Source: a virus (lineage: Duplodnaviria > Caudoviricetes). From it: a stretch of 32,116 bases of DNA. Under the pieces are notes generated by a model. It had not been told where the DNA came from. It saw only the letters and a program-made list of their open reading frames with translations, and made no database searches. Shown one piece after another: positions 17,133-25,297 of this stretch (within the stretch, counting starts at the first letter, position 1; each line of letters starts with the position of its first letter). Location of the stretch: positions 1 to 32,116 of IMG/VR virus record IMGVR_UViG_3300032234_000723. The stretch is one strand, 5' to 3'. The position numbers were made by a program, and so were the translations under genes.

Positions 17133-18854
17133 ATGGCAAATTTTACAACTTCTCCTGGAGTAGCAATTAGTGAAATAGACAACACATACTTGACAGGATT
17201 ACCTGTTCAGGCTGGTGCTGCTATTATAGGTCCAACCGTTAAGGGTCCTGTAGAACAACCAACACTTGTAACAACTTATTCAGACTTCGTAACGATATTT
17301 GGAGATACTTTCATTAGTGGTGGTAACTCATACTCATACCTTACTTCAATAGCTGCTTATAATTACTTCAATTATGGAGGAACTTCATTATTGGTTGCTC
17401 GTGTAGTAACTGAATCTGCTAACTGGACACCAGCACAAAGTACTACAGTATCTTCTTATTTAAATGCAACCTCAGCTTCATTTGTTTTAGAAACTATTTC
17501 TGAAGGGGTTACTATGAATAATTCAGGCTCAAATATGCTTGGAGCTTCAGGATCATTAGTTTCAGGTTCAGCAAATAATATTCGTTGGGAAGTTACTAAT
17601 TCAAATACTGGATCAGGTACATTTAACTTATTAGTTAGACGTGGTAATGATGTAAACACCAATAAAGTTGTATTAGAAGCATGGAATAACTTAACATTAG
17701 ACCCAAATTCTTCAAGATATATTTCTAGAGTAATTGGTGATCAAAATCTTCAATACAGTTCAGTTAATGAACAAATGGAAATATCTGGAAGTTTCCCAAA
17801 TAACTCAAGATATGTTCGTATTAAATCAGTTAATTTACCTACTCCAAATTATTTTGATTCTAACGGGGTTGCTGTAACAGCATATACCGCTTCAATTCCA
17901 TTAAATGGTAGTGGTTCTGCAGGAGGTGCATTTTTCAACGCCGGAGGAGCTGTAAATAATACTATCACATTATATGATAATATTTCAACAAATACACAAG
18001 GATTAATAGGTAGTAGCTATGACAACATGATTACATTATTTGGTAATCCTGAAGCATATCAATTTAATATTTTATTCACTCCTGGTTTATTAAACGATAC
18101 TCATACTACTCAAGTTACAAACATTATCTCAAACACAATTGCAAGAGGTGATAACATGTATGTAATGGATTTAGGAGTATATGGTACTTCACTCCCAGAA
18201 GCAGTAACACAAGCACAAACACGTGATACTTCATACGCAGCAACATATTGGCCTTGGGTTCGCATTATCGACCCAGCAACAGGAAAACATGTTTGGGTAC
18301 CAGCTTCAACAGTAATCCCAGGTGTATATGCATTCAATGATAAAGTATCCGCTCCATGGTTTGCACCAGCAGGTATTAATCGTGGTGGATTAAGTACAGT
18401 ATTACAAGCTGAATTAAAATTATCTCAAGCTAATAAAGACGCATTATATTCAAATAATATCAACCCAATTGCAACGTTACCTAAACAAGGTGTTGTAGTA
18501 TTTGGACAAAAAACACTACAAAAATCACAATCTGCTCTTGATCGTGTAAATGTACGTCGTTTAATGATTGAATTGAAAGCATATATTCGTCAAATTGCTG
18601 ATACAGTAGTATTTGAACAAAATACAATTTCAACACGTAATTCATTTGTAGCTAGAGTTAATCCATATTTAGAAGCAATCCAACAAAAACAAGGATTATA
18701 TGCTTATAGAGTAGTAATGGATGATTCAAATAACGGACCAGCAGTAATTGACCAAAATCAATTAGTAGGACAAATTTATATCCAACCAACTCGTACAGCA
18801 GAATTTATATCTCTAGACTTTATCTTACAACCAACAGGAGCTCAATTTCCTTGA
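17133..18854 (+). CDS. Contractile tail sheath protein, paralog 2 (573 aa)
   Basis: Same full set of sheath motifs (SPGV, GPTVKGP, YWPWV, WFAPAGINRG, FGQKTLQ, DRVNVRRL, QPTRTAEFI). Confidence 0.95.
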   Translation: MANFTTSPGVAISEIDNTYLTGLPVQAGAAIIGPTVKGPVEQPTLVTTYSDFVTIFGDTFISGGNSYSYLTSIAAYNYFNYGGTSLLVARVVTESANWTPAQSTTVSSYLNATSASFVLETISEGVTMNNSGSNMLGASGSLVSGSANNIRWEVTNSNTGSGTFNLLVRRGNDVNTNKVVLEAWNNLTLDPNSSRYISRVIGDQNLQYSSVNEQMEISGSFPNNSRYVRIKSVNLPTPNYFDSNGVAVTAYTASIPLNGSGSAGGAFFNAGGAVNNTITLYDNISTNTQGLIGSSYDNMITLFGNPEAYQFNILFTPGLLNDTHTTQVTNIISNTIARGDNMYVMDLGVYGTSLPEAVTQAQTRDTSYAATYWPWVRIIDPATGKHVWVPASTVIPGVYAFNDKVSAPWFAPAGINRGGLSTVLQAELKLSQANKDALYSNNINPIATLPKQGVVVFGQKTLQKSQSALDRVNVRRLMIELKAYIRQIADTVVFEQNTISTRNSFVARVNPYLEAIQQKQGLYAYRVVMDDSNNGPAVIDQNQLVGQIYIQPTRTAEFISLDFILQPTGAQFP

Positions 18855-18872
18855 TAAAAAATAGAAATATTT

Positions 18873-18888
18873 AATATTTATAATAAAA
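18873..18888 (+). promoter_or_regulatory. Putative late promoter motif AATATTTATAATAAAA
   Basis: Exact copy upstream of the tube gene. Confidence 0.75.
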
Positions 18889-18904
18889 TTAAAACAAAAA
18901 TAAG

Positions 18905-19393
18905 ATGCCAATATTAAACCCAAACGAAATATTTTTCACGGCGTTTGAACCGAAACAAAGTAACCGTTTTATTCTTTATATGGATGGTGTTCCATCATAT
19001 TTGGTAAAAGGAGTAGGTGCTGTATCATTAACACAAACTGCAGTTGCTCTAAACCATATTAACGTTCAACGTTATGTAAAAGGAAAAACAGTTTGGAATA
19101 CAATCCAATTCACAATGTATGAGTCAATCACACCAAGTGGAGCTCAAGCAGTAATGGAATGGGTACGTTTAGGACACGAATCAGTAACTGGACGTGATGG
19201 TTACTCGGATTTCTATAAGAAAGATATTACTTTCAACGTAGTTGGTCCTGTAGGTGATATCGTTTCTGAATGGGTAATCAAAGGAGCTGTAATTACAGAA
19301 GTTAATTTTGGTGATTATAACTGGGATGATGATGGACAAGCAGTAAATATCCAAGTAACTGTACAACCAGACTATTGTATCTTGAACTACTAA
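18905..19393 (+). CDS. Tail tube protein (T4 gp19-like, 162 aa)
   Basis: Position after sheath, size, and motifs FEPKQSNRF, GKTVW..I..T.Y, VMEW, YKKDI, SEWVIKGA, FGDYNW. Confidence 0.9.
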   Translation: MPILNPNEIFFTAFEPKQSNRFILYMDGVPSYLVKGVGAVSLTQTAVALNHINVQRYVKGKTVWNTIQFTMYESITPSGAQAVMEWVRLGHESVTGRDGYSDFYKKDITFNVVGPVGDIVSEWVIKGAVITEVNFGDYNWDDDGQAVNIQVTVQPDYCILNY

Positions 19394-19415
19394 GAACAAA
19401 ACAACAAAGTATACG

Positions 19416-19453
19416 AAAGCTCCAAAGAAATTTGGGGCTTTTACTTTCCTTTT
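19416..19453 (+). terminator. Intrinsic terminator after the tube gene
   Basis: 11-bp stem AAAGCTCCAAA / TTTGGGGCTTT (one G-U pair) with a GAAA tetraloop, followed by T-rich TACTTTCCTTTT. Confidence 0.8.
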
Positions 19454-19462
19454 ATATATTGT
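19431..19462 (+). promoter_or_regulatory. Bacteroidota-type promoter TTTG-N20-TATATTGT overlapping the terminator 3' arm
   Basis: Same spacing as the elements at 10242 and 31559; 4 nt separate it from ATG 19467. Confidence 0.55.
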
Positions 19463-19466
19463 GCTT

Positions 19467-21443
19467 ATGAAAAAATTATTTATCTTCCTTTTATTAGCAT
19501 CTACTGGATATGCTCAACACTGTCCCGAATTAGGTCCTGACCAAATTTTACCTTGTGGTGTAGGAACAGCTACTTTAACCGCAGATTTAAGTCAATGTGG
19601 TCCTGGTGGTCCGGGTCCAAAACAAACAACAGACTATGCTGTAACTAGCATTCCTTATGTTGCTCAAGTCAATAATGGAACTAATATCTTTATGACAGAT
19701 GATTCTCAACAAGGACCATTTAATATAGGATTTACATTTTGTTTCTTTGGACAAACATATACTCAATTTTATATAGGTTCAAATGGATGGATTTCATTCT
19801 CTGGAGGACAACCAACTACTTTTACTTCTCAAACTATACCAACGGGTAATGCTCTAGTCCCTAAAAATTGTATCATGGGACCATGGCAAGATTGGCATCC
19901 TGGTATTGGTGGGCAAATTAAATATCAAACTGTTGGTACTGCTCCATGTAGAAAACTCATTGTAAGTTGGATTGGAGTACCAATGTATAGTTGTACCTTT
20001 AATCAAGGTACATTCCATATAGTAATTCATGAATCAACCAATTATATTGAAAACTACATCCAAGATAAACCAGACTGCCAAACATGGCAAGGTGGTACTG
20101 CAGTAGAAGGTATTCATAACGCAGCTGGCACTATTGGAATCCCAGTACCTGGAAGAAATTCAACGGCTTGGACAGCAAATAATGATGCTTGGAGATGGAC
20201 TCCAAATGGACCCACAGTTAACCCAGTTTTAACTTGGTATCGAATAGGAAATCCAAACCCAATTGGAACTGGTCTTACACTCAATGTTACTCCTCCTGCT
20301 GGTGGTGCTCAATATACTTGTAAATTTGTTTATCCAACTTGTAATGCCGGGTGGAATGCTTGTAATGGTATTGCTGGATTAGGACCTGACACAGTATTTG
20401 TAATGCCTGGTCCTGCATATCCTGTAGTAAGTCCTATTATTGCTTCTGATACAATATGTTTTCCATCAAATAATGAAATTTATTCTATAGTTGAGCAACC
20501 TGGGGTTACTTACCTTTGGAGCGCAGTAGGAAACATCACTTCAGGTCAAGGAACAGATAGTATTACAGTAGATTGGAGTGCTATATCTCCTGGATTTATA
20601 CCTGGAGCAGTAATGGTTACCCCTCAAGCAAATGGGTGTGTTGGTATGCCTGTATCCCTCGATTTAACATATTTAAATATTGAACCAACAATTGATCCTG
20701 TAGGTCCGTTTTGTGAATATGATGAATTTGTTACATTACAAGCAACTCCTATTGGTGGTGTATTTTCGGGCCCTGGAATTATTGGAAATGATTTCACTCC
20801 AGGTAATGCTGTTGGAGTTGATACTATTTTATATGAATATACTTTAAGTGGATGTTTATTTGATACAACAACAGTTATTACTGTTTATCCAACCCCGACC
20901 CTAGATTCTATAACACCACACAATACTTATTTTGAATTATGTGAATTAGATTCGGCTAGTATTACTTGGAATGCTATTGGTAATCCTGCAGGATATAATG
21001 AATGGACTTGGAGTAATCAACAATATATCCAAAATTCATTAACACAAACACTCGTTTGGGACTCAGTAGGAACTCATCAGGTATCTGTAGTACATTGGGC
21101 GAATGGTTGTGTATCTAGTCCACAAACAGCATTAGTATCAGTTATTCAATGTCCTGAATTGTTATTTTACATAGCTAATTCTTTTACCCCGGATGGGGAT
21201 GAGCATAATAATGTTTTAAGATTTGTATTTACAAGTGGGTTTGACCCATATGACTTTAAAGCATTGATTTATAATAGATGGGGTGAAGTTATATTTGAAA
21301 CAAATGATGTCTTATCTTATTGGGATGGAACATATAATAACGCATTATGTCAACCGGGATCATATGCCTATGATATTCAATTTGGTGATAAAACCAATGG
21401 ACGTAAATATTCAGTTACAGGAAATGTTAATCTTATTAGATAA
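19467..21443 (+). CDS. Secreted protein with Sec signal peptide, NIDO-like and PKD/Ig-like domains and a T9SS type B (gliding motility-associated, CHU_C/TIGR04131-like) C-terminal sorting domain
   Basis: MKKLFIFLLLASTGYA|Q signal peptide (ATG 19467 preferred to GTG 19461); DD...FNIGFTFCFFGQTYTQFYIGSNGWISF; YLWS..GNITSGQGTDSITVDW; C-terminus YIANSFTPDGDEHNN...IYNRWGEVIFET...WDGT...GSYAY...GNVNLIR; about 19 Cys. Confidence 0.88.
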   Translation: MKKLFIFLLLASTGYAQHCPELGPDQILPCGVGTATLTADLSQCGPGGPGPKQTTDYAVTSIPYVAQVNNGTNIFMTDDSQQGPFNIGFTFCFFGQTYTQFYIGSNGWISFSGGQPTTFTSQTIPTGNALVPKNCIMGPWQDWHPGIGGQIKYQTVGTAPCRKLIVSWIGVPMYSCTFNQGTFHIVIHESTNYIENYIQDKPDCQTWQGGTAVEGIHNAAGTIGIPVPGRNSTAWTANNDAWRWTPNGPTVNPVLTWYRIGNPNPIGTGLTLNVTPPAGGAQYTCKFVYPTCNAGWNACNGIAGLGPDTVFVMPGPAYPVVSPIIASDTICFPSNNEIYSIVEQPGVTYLWSAVGNITSGQGTDSITVDWSAISPGFIPGAVMVTPQANGCVGMPVSLDLTYLNIEPTIDPVGPFCEYDEFVTLQATPIGGVFSGPGIIGNDFTPGNAVGVDTILYEYTLSGCLFDTTTVITVYPTPTLDSITPHNTYFELCELDSASITWNAIGNPAGYNEWTWSNQQYIQNSLTQTLVWDSVGTHQVSVVHWANGCVSSPQTALVSVIQCPELLFYIANSFTPDGDEHNNVLRFVFTSGFDPYDFKALIYNRWGEVIFETNDVLSYWDGTYNNALCQPGSYAYDIQFGDKTNGRKYSVTGNVNLIR

Positions 21444-21446
21444 TAT

Positions 21447-21459
21447 AATATTTATAATA
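21447..21459 (+). promoter_or_regulatory. Putative late promoter motif AATATTTATAATA
   Basis: In the 18-nt gap right after the T9SS cargo gene, before ATG 21462. Confidence 0.7.
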
Positions 21460-21461
21460 GT

Positions 21462-21833
21462 ATGAAACTAAACAATTTACGTACTTTAGTAAGAGAAGAA
21501 TTAAGCAAAAAGCTTAATGAAGAATACCAAGACAAATATAAAATGGTTGGTATGATTATTACTAACATTAAATTAAGACCCCAAAAAGAAATATTCTCAG
21601 ATATTCGTTCACTCCCTGGTATTACAGTTGCCTCAGCAAAAGAACCACTTGAATATAGTGAACAAAACACAGAAAAATTCCAAACTATTTTAACCATTAA
21701 AGTTGATGGACATCCTTGGATTACAAAAGGTGGTTTTTCACGTGAAAAAATGGAAGAAATACGCAAAGAAATATTAAAGATTAAAGGAGTATTATCATAT
21801 AATGTAAATCCTGATAATATTACTTCTCTTTAA
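21462..21833 (+). CDS. Hypothetical protein (123 aa), possibly a virion internal protein
   Basis: Own late motif; N-terminal LRTLVREELSKKLNEE helix followed by a small alpha/beta domain. Confidence 0.6.
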   Translation: MKLNNLRTLVREELSKKLNEEYQDKYKMVGMIITNIKLRPQKEIFSDIRSLPGITVASAKEPLEYSEQNTEKFQTILTIKVDGHPWITKGGFSREKMEEIRKEILKIKGVLSYNVNPDNITSL

Positions 21834-21874
21834 TATATGTATATAGGACAATTAAGTTATAACAAATAAAAATT

Positions 21875-22603
21875 ATGAGCGAATTTAAATTACCTACTGA
21901 AACCATTGAATTACCCTCAAAAGGTTTGCTTTATCCCGAAGATTCTGAATTAGCAAAAGGTACTCTTGAAATGAAATATATGACCGCTAGAGAAGAGGAC
22001 ATATTAACAAACCAATCATATATCAAAAACGGTACAGTACTAGACAAATTAATGAAATCATTAATTGTATCAAAAATCAATTATGATGATCTATTAATTG
22101 GTGATAAAAACGCAATCATGATCGCGGCTCGTATTTTAGGATATGGTGCTGAATATGTTTTTGATTATGCTGGTGAAGAACAAATGGTTGATTTATCGGT
22201 TCTTGAAAATAAAGAAATTAAAAAAGAATTATTTACAAGTCGTACAAATGAATTTTCATTTACATTACCTAAATCAAAAAATGATATTACATTTAAACTT
22301 TTAACCCACAAAGATGAACAAGATATCACTCGTGAACTAGAAGGCTTAAAGAAAATTAATAAAGACTCATCCCCTGAATTATCTACTAGATTGAAATACA
22401 TGATCACCTCAGTGGAAGGAAAACGAGATAAAAAAGATATCAGGGAGTTTGTTGACAATTACCTCTTAGCACAAGATTCACGAGCATTAAGAGAATATGT
22501 TCGCGAGATTCAACCCGATGTTGATCTAACTTTTTTTCCCAACGGAAGTGAGGGTAGAGTCTCTCTCCCAATTGGGCTTAAGTTTTTTTGGCCTGACCTA
22601 TGA
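21875..22603 (+). CDS. Tail/baseplate hub assembly chaperone (T4 gp26-like, 242 aa)
   Basis: TIELPSKG, MKYMTAREEDIL, LLIGDKNAIMIAARILGYG, FTLPKSK..ITFKLLT, ends LKFFWPDL; located between tube and tape measure. Confidence 0.75.
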   Translation: MSEFKLPTETIELPSKGLLYPEDSELAKGTLEMKYMTAREEDILTNQSYIKNGTVLDKLMKSLIVSKINYDDLLIGDKNAIMIAARILGYGAEYVFDYAGEEQMVDLSVLENKEIKKELFTSRTNEFSFTLPKSKNDITFKLLTHKDEQDITRELEGLKKINKDSSPELSTRLKYMITSVEGKRDKKDIREFVDNYLLAQDSRALREYVREIQPDVDLTFFPNGSEGRVSLPIGLKFFWPDL

Positions 22604-22889
22604 TGTTGCTCCTATAGCAAGAGCAAATCTATTTAAACAAATTCATGAAATAGTTTTCCACGGTAAAGGTGGATATGATTGGCATACGATTTACGATATG
22701 CCAATCTGGCTTCGTAAATATACTTTTAATGAAATTAAAAAATACTACGAAGAAGAAAAAGATGCTGCCGATGGGAAACAAACTTCAGGTGGTGGGAAAC
22801 AAACCGTAATTAATTCAGATGGTACTATAAAAACACCTGAATTACTTCAAAAGGCAGCAAATACTAAAAAACCTATTAAGTATAGCTAA
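22530..22889 (+). CDS. Second chaperone ORF (T4 gp51-like / lambda T-like), probably expressed as a +1 frameshift extension of the upstream gene
   Basis: +1 frame open from 22530 (after TAA 22527) to TAA 22889, overlapping the upstream ORF by 74 nt; no ATG near its start; IHEIVFHGKGGYDWHTIYDMPIWLR motif. Confidence 0.7.
   Translation, partial: LFFPTEVRVESLSQLGLSFFGLTYDVAPIARANLFKQIHEIVFHGKGGYDWHTIYDMPIWLRKYTFNEIKKYYEEEKDAADGKQTSGGGKQTVINSDGTIKTPELLQKAANTKKPIKYS
22580..22592 (+). other. Candidate +1 frameshift site AAG TTT TTT TGG C (alternative T7 run at 22531-22537)
   Basis: Phe-Phe codons on a T7 run can re-pair in the +1 frame (TTT TTT GGC), switching KFFWPDL* to KFFGLTYD... Confidence 0.6.
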
Positions 22890-22903
22890 AAATATTATCC
22901 CTT

Positions 22904-22919
22904 AATATTTATAATAAAA
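22904..22919 (+). promoter_or_regulatory. Putative late promoter motif AATATTTATAATAAAA
   Basis: Exact copy upstream of the tape measure gene. Confidence 0.75.
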
Positions 22920-22926
22920 TACCTCA

Positions 22927-25269
22927 ATGGCTGAGAAGGACGACGTAATATTAAAAATCAAAGAAAAGATTGCTAAACTGGATAAAGATTCGGCAAAAGC
23001 ATATAGAGAGCAATTAAAAGCTCTTAATGATAATAATGCTGCTCTTAACACATATAAAACTCTTCTTGGAAATATTAATGATGAAGTTGAAGATCAACTA
23101 CAAGGATTTGCCGGTTTACTTAAGGAAATCATAGGAATTAATGAAGAATTAGAAAAAGAAGGTAAATACGTTAGAGACACTACCAAAGCATTCAGAGGAT
23201 TAGAATCTATAGCTTCTAAACTAAAAAATGACCAAAAAGGTTATACTGATTTAAATAAAGATCAATTAAAACAAGAACAATCCAAACTTAAGATACTTCA
23301 TGATCAAGCTAAATTAGCTGCTGAAGAGATTAAAAAGAGAGGAGCTCAAAATGAAAGAGAAGCAGCAATTTTAAATGGTTATGAAGATCAATTTAAAATA
23401 TTTAAACGAACAAATAAACTTCTTGAAGATAGAATCAAAGAAGAAAATGAACTTAATAAAAAATTAGGTGTAACTGGTGTACTTTTAACTGGGATGAGCA
23501 AAATTCCAATAGTAGGACCATTACTTAAAACTAATGAAGCATTAGATTTAGCAAGAGAAAAAGCTAAAGCTGGAGGGAATGCATTTCAATCAATGGGTGC
23601 AGGTTTAGCTAGTGTAGGTAAAAGTTTAATGTCGTCTTTAGCAGACCCACTAGTTTCTATAGGTTTAATAGTAAAAGCTTTTCAATTTTTATTAAATTTA
23701 GGATTTAAAGTAAGTGAACAAACCACTTCCCTACAAAAATCATTCGCATTATCATCAGATGGTGCAATGGCTTTAAGAACTAATTTTGCTGAAATTACTA
23801 AATCTACTGCACTTACTTTAGATTACCAAAAAAGACAATTAGTTAATACAACTAGTCAAGTAGAAGCAGCTAATCAATTAGGAGAAGCATTAGGAGCATC
23901 AACAATCCCAACTCAACAACAAGTAGAAAACCAAATAATGTTGACTAAACAAATTGGGTTATCTGCTGAAGAGGCGGGACGTTTACAACAATTAGCATTC
24001 GATAATAATATAACTGCTGATGCTATTACTAAAGAAGTTATTAAACAAACAAAAGCATATAGAAACCAAACCGGAATTCAATTAGATAATAAAAAAATAT
24101 TACAAGATGTATCTAAAATTTCTGGTCAATTACGTCTACAATACGCTAATAGCGCCCAACAATTAACAGCTGCTGTAGTTCAAGCTAATAAATTAGGATT
24201 TTCGTTAGAAAAAACAAAGCAAATATCTGAACAATTACTTAATTTTGAAGAATCAATTGAAAATGAATTAGCAGCAGAATTATTAATTGGTAGAGATCTT
24301 AACCTAGAACAAGCACGTTTACTTGCCCTAAATGGTAAATCAGCAGAAGCAACCGCTTTAATCGCTGAAAATATGGGTGGATCAGCAGGATTCGCTTCAA
24401 TGAATGTAATTCAACAAGAGGCTTTAGCAAAGGCTTTAGGTATGAGTGCTGATGAACTTTCTGAGTCATTATTGTATCAAGAAAGATTAAATAAATTAGG
24501 AAGTGTAGGTCAACAACAAATTGCAGAACGAATCCAACAATTAAAAGATGAAGGGGAAGTTGACTTAGCTAACCAATTACAACGAGATGTAGCTAATGGT
24601 AAAAGTGCAGAAGCTGCTCTTAAAGCTGTTAGTGATCAAGTATTATTTAATGAAAATATCCAAAAACTAAAAGATCTATTAGGAGATATATTAGCAGGAC
24701 CTGCTAAAGGTTTAGCTGATTGGATTGGTAATTTAAGAATTGATGGTCAAGCTCTTTTATTTGGAATTAAAGCCATAGGACTAGCCATTGGAGCAATCAG
24801 CATTAGTAAATTATTAACTAGTATGGCCTCATTATTAGTAACTACCTCAGCAACTGCCGCCGCGGCAATATCATACGCTTCTGCTATAACATTAGGAATA
24901 GGAGTTGCTGCTGTCATTGCAGGAATAGTAGCAGCCATGGGAGCATTTAGCTCAGCAAAAAGTGAAGCAGTACAACCAACAAAAAACAATTTTAACCAAG
25001 GTGGTATTGTTGGAGGTAACTCATTAACTGGAGACAATGTTGGAATTAATGTTAATTCCGGTGAAATGGTCTTAACTAAAAGAGAACAAGCCGAATTCTA
25101 TAATATGATTAAAAGAGGTGGTGGAATGGGAGATAGAAATTCCCCGATAATAGTTAATGCTATGATAAATGATAAAGTATTAGCTACCTCTATGGCTGAA
25201 TATGGAGAAAAAAGAAATCCTAACTTATTAGGTAGTGAAAAACAAAATAATGGTTACCAAATTCAATAA
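22927..25269 (+). CDS. Tail tape measure protein (780 aa)
   Basis: Long A/L/Q/E/K helical protein after the chaperones; LLNFEESIENELAAELLIGRDLNLEQAR, QQEALAKALGMS, hydrophobic Ala/Gly/Ile segment, C-terminal FNQGGIVGG...GD...VNSGEMVL. Confidence 0.85.
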   Translation: MAEKDDVILKIKEKIAKLDKDSAKAYREQLKALNDNNAALNTYKTLLGNINDEVEDQLQGFAGLLKEIIGINEELEKEGKYVRDTTKAFRGLESIASKLKNDQKGYTDLNKDQLKQEQSKLKILHDQAKLAAEEIKKRGAQNEREAAILNGYEDQFKIFKRTNKLLEDRIKEENELNKKLGVTGVLLTGMSKIPIVGPLLKTNEALDLAREKAKAGGNAFQSMGAGLASVGKSLMSSLADPLVSIGLIVKAFQFLLNLGFKVSEQTTSLQKSFALSSDGAMALRTNFAEITKSTALTLDYQKRQLVNTTSQVEAANQLGEALGASTIPTQQQVENQIMLTKQIGLSAEEAGRLQQLAFDNNITADAITKEVIKQTKAYRNQTGIQLDNKKILQDVSKISGQLRLQYANSAQQLTAAVVQANKLGFSLEKTKQISEQLLNFEESIENELAAELLIGRDLNLEQARLLALNGKSAEATALIAENMGGSAGFASMNVIQQEALAKALGMSADELSESLLYQERLNKLGSVGQQQIAERIQQLKDEGEVDLANQLQRDVANGKSAEAALKAVSDQVLFNENIQKLKDLLGDILAGPAKGLADWIGNLRIDGQALLFGIKAIGLAIGAISISKLLTSMASLLVTTSATAAAAISYASAITLGIGVAAVIAGIVAAMGAFSSAKSEAVQPTKNNFNQGGIVGGNSLTGDNVGINVNSGEMVLTKREQAEFYNMIKRGGGMGDRNSPIIVNAMINDKVLATSMAEYGEKRNPNLLGSEKQNNGYQIQ

Positions 25270-25272
25270 CAC

Positions 25273-25288
25273 AATATTTATAATAAAA
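25273..25288 (+). promoter_or_regulatory. Putative late promoter motif AATATTTATAATAAAA
   Basis: Exact copy upstream of the baseplate gene block. Confidence 0.75.
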
Positions 25289-25297
25289 TAAAACATT

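Noticed and set aside
21266-21277. GATTTATAATAG resembling the late promoter motif
   Set aside because: Lies inside the T9SS C-terminal domain, is explained by the conserved IYNRWG codons, and lacks the ATAT start of the motif.
22531-22551. Classical -1 slippery heptamer T TTT TTT as the chaperone frameshift
   Set aside because: The -1 frame stops at TGA 22549-22551 and cannot reach the downstream ORF, which is in the +1 frame.
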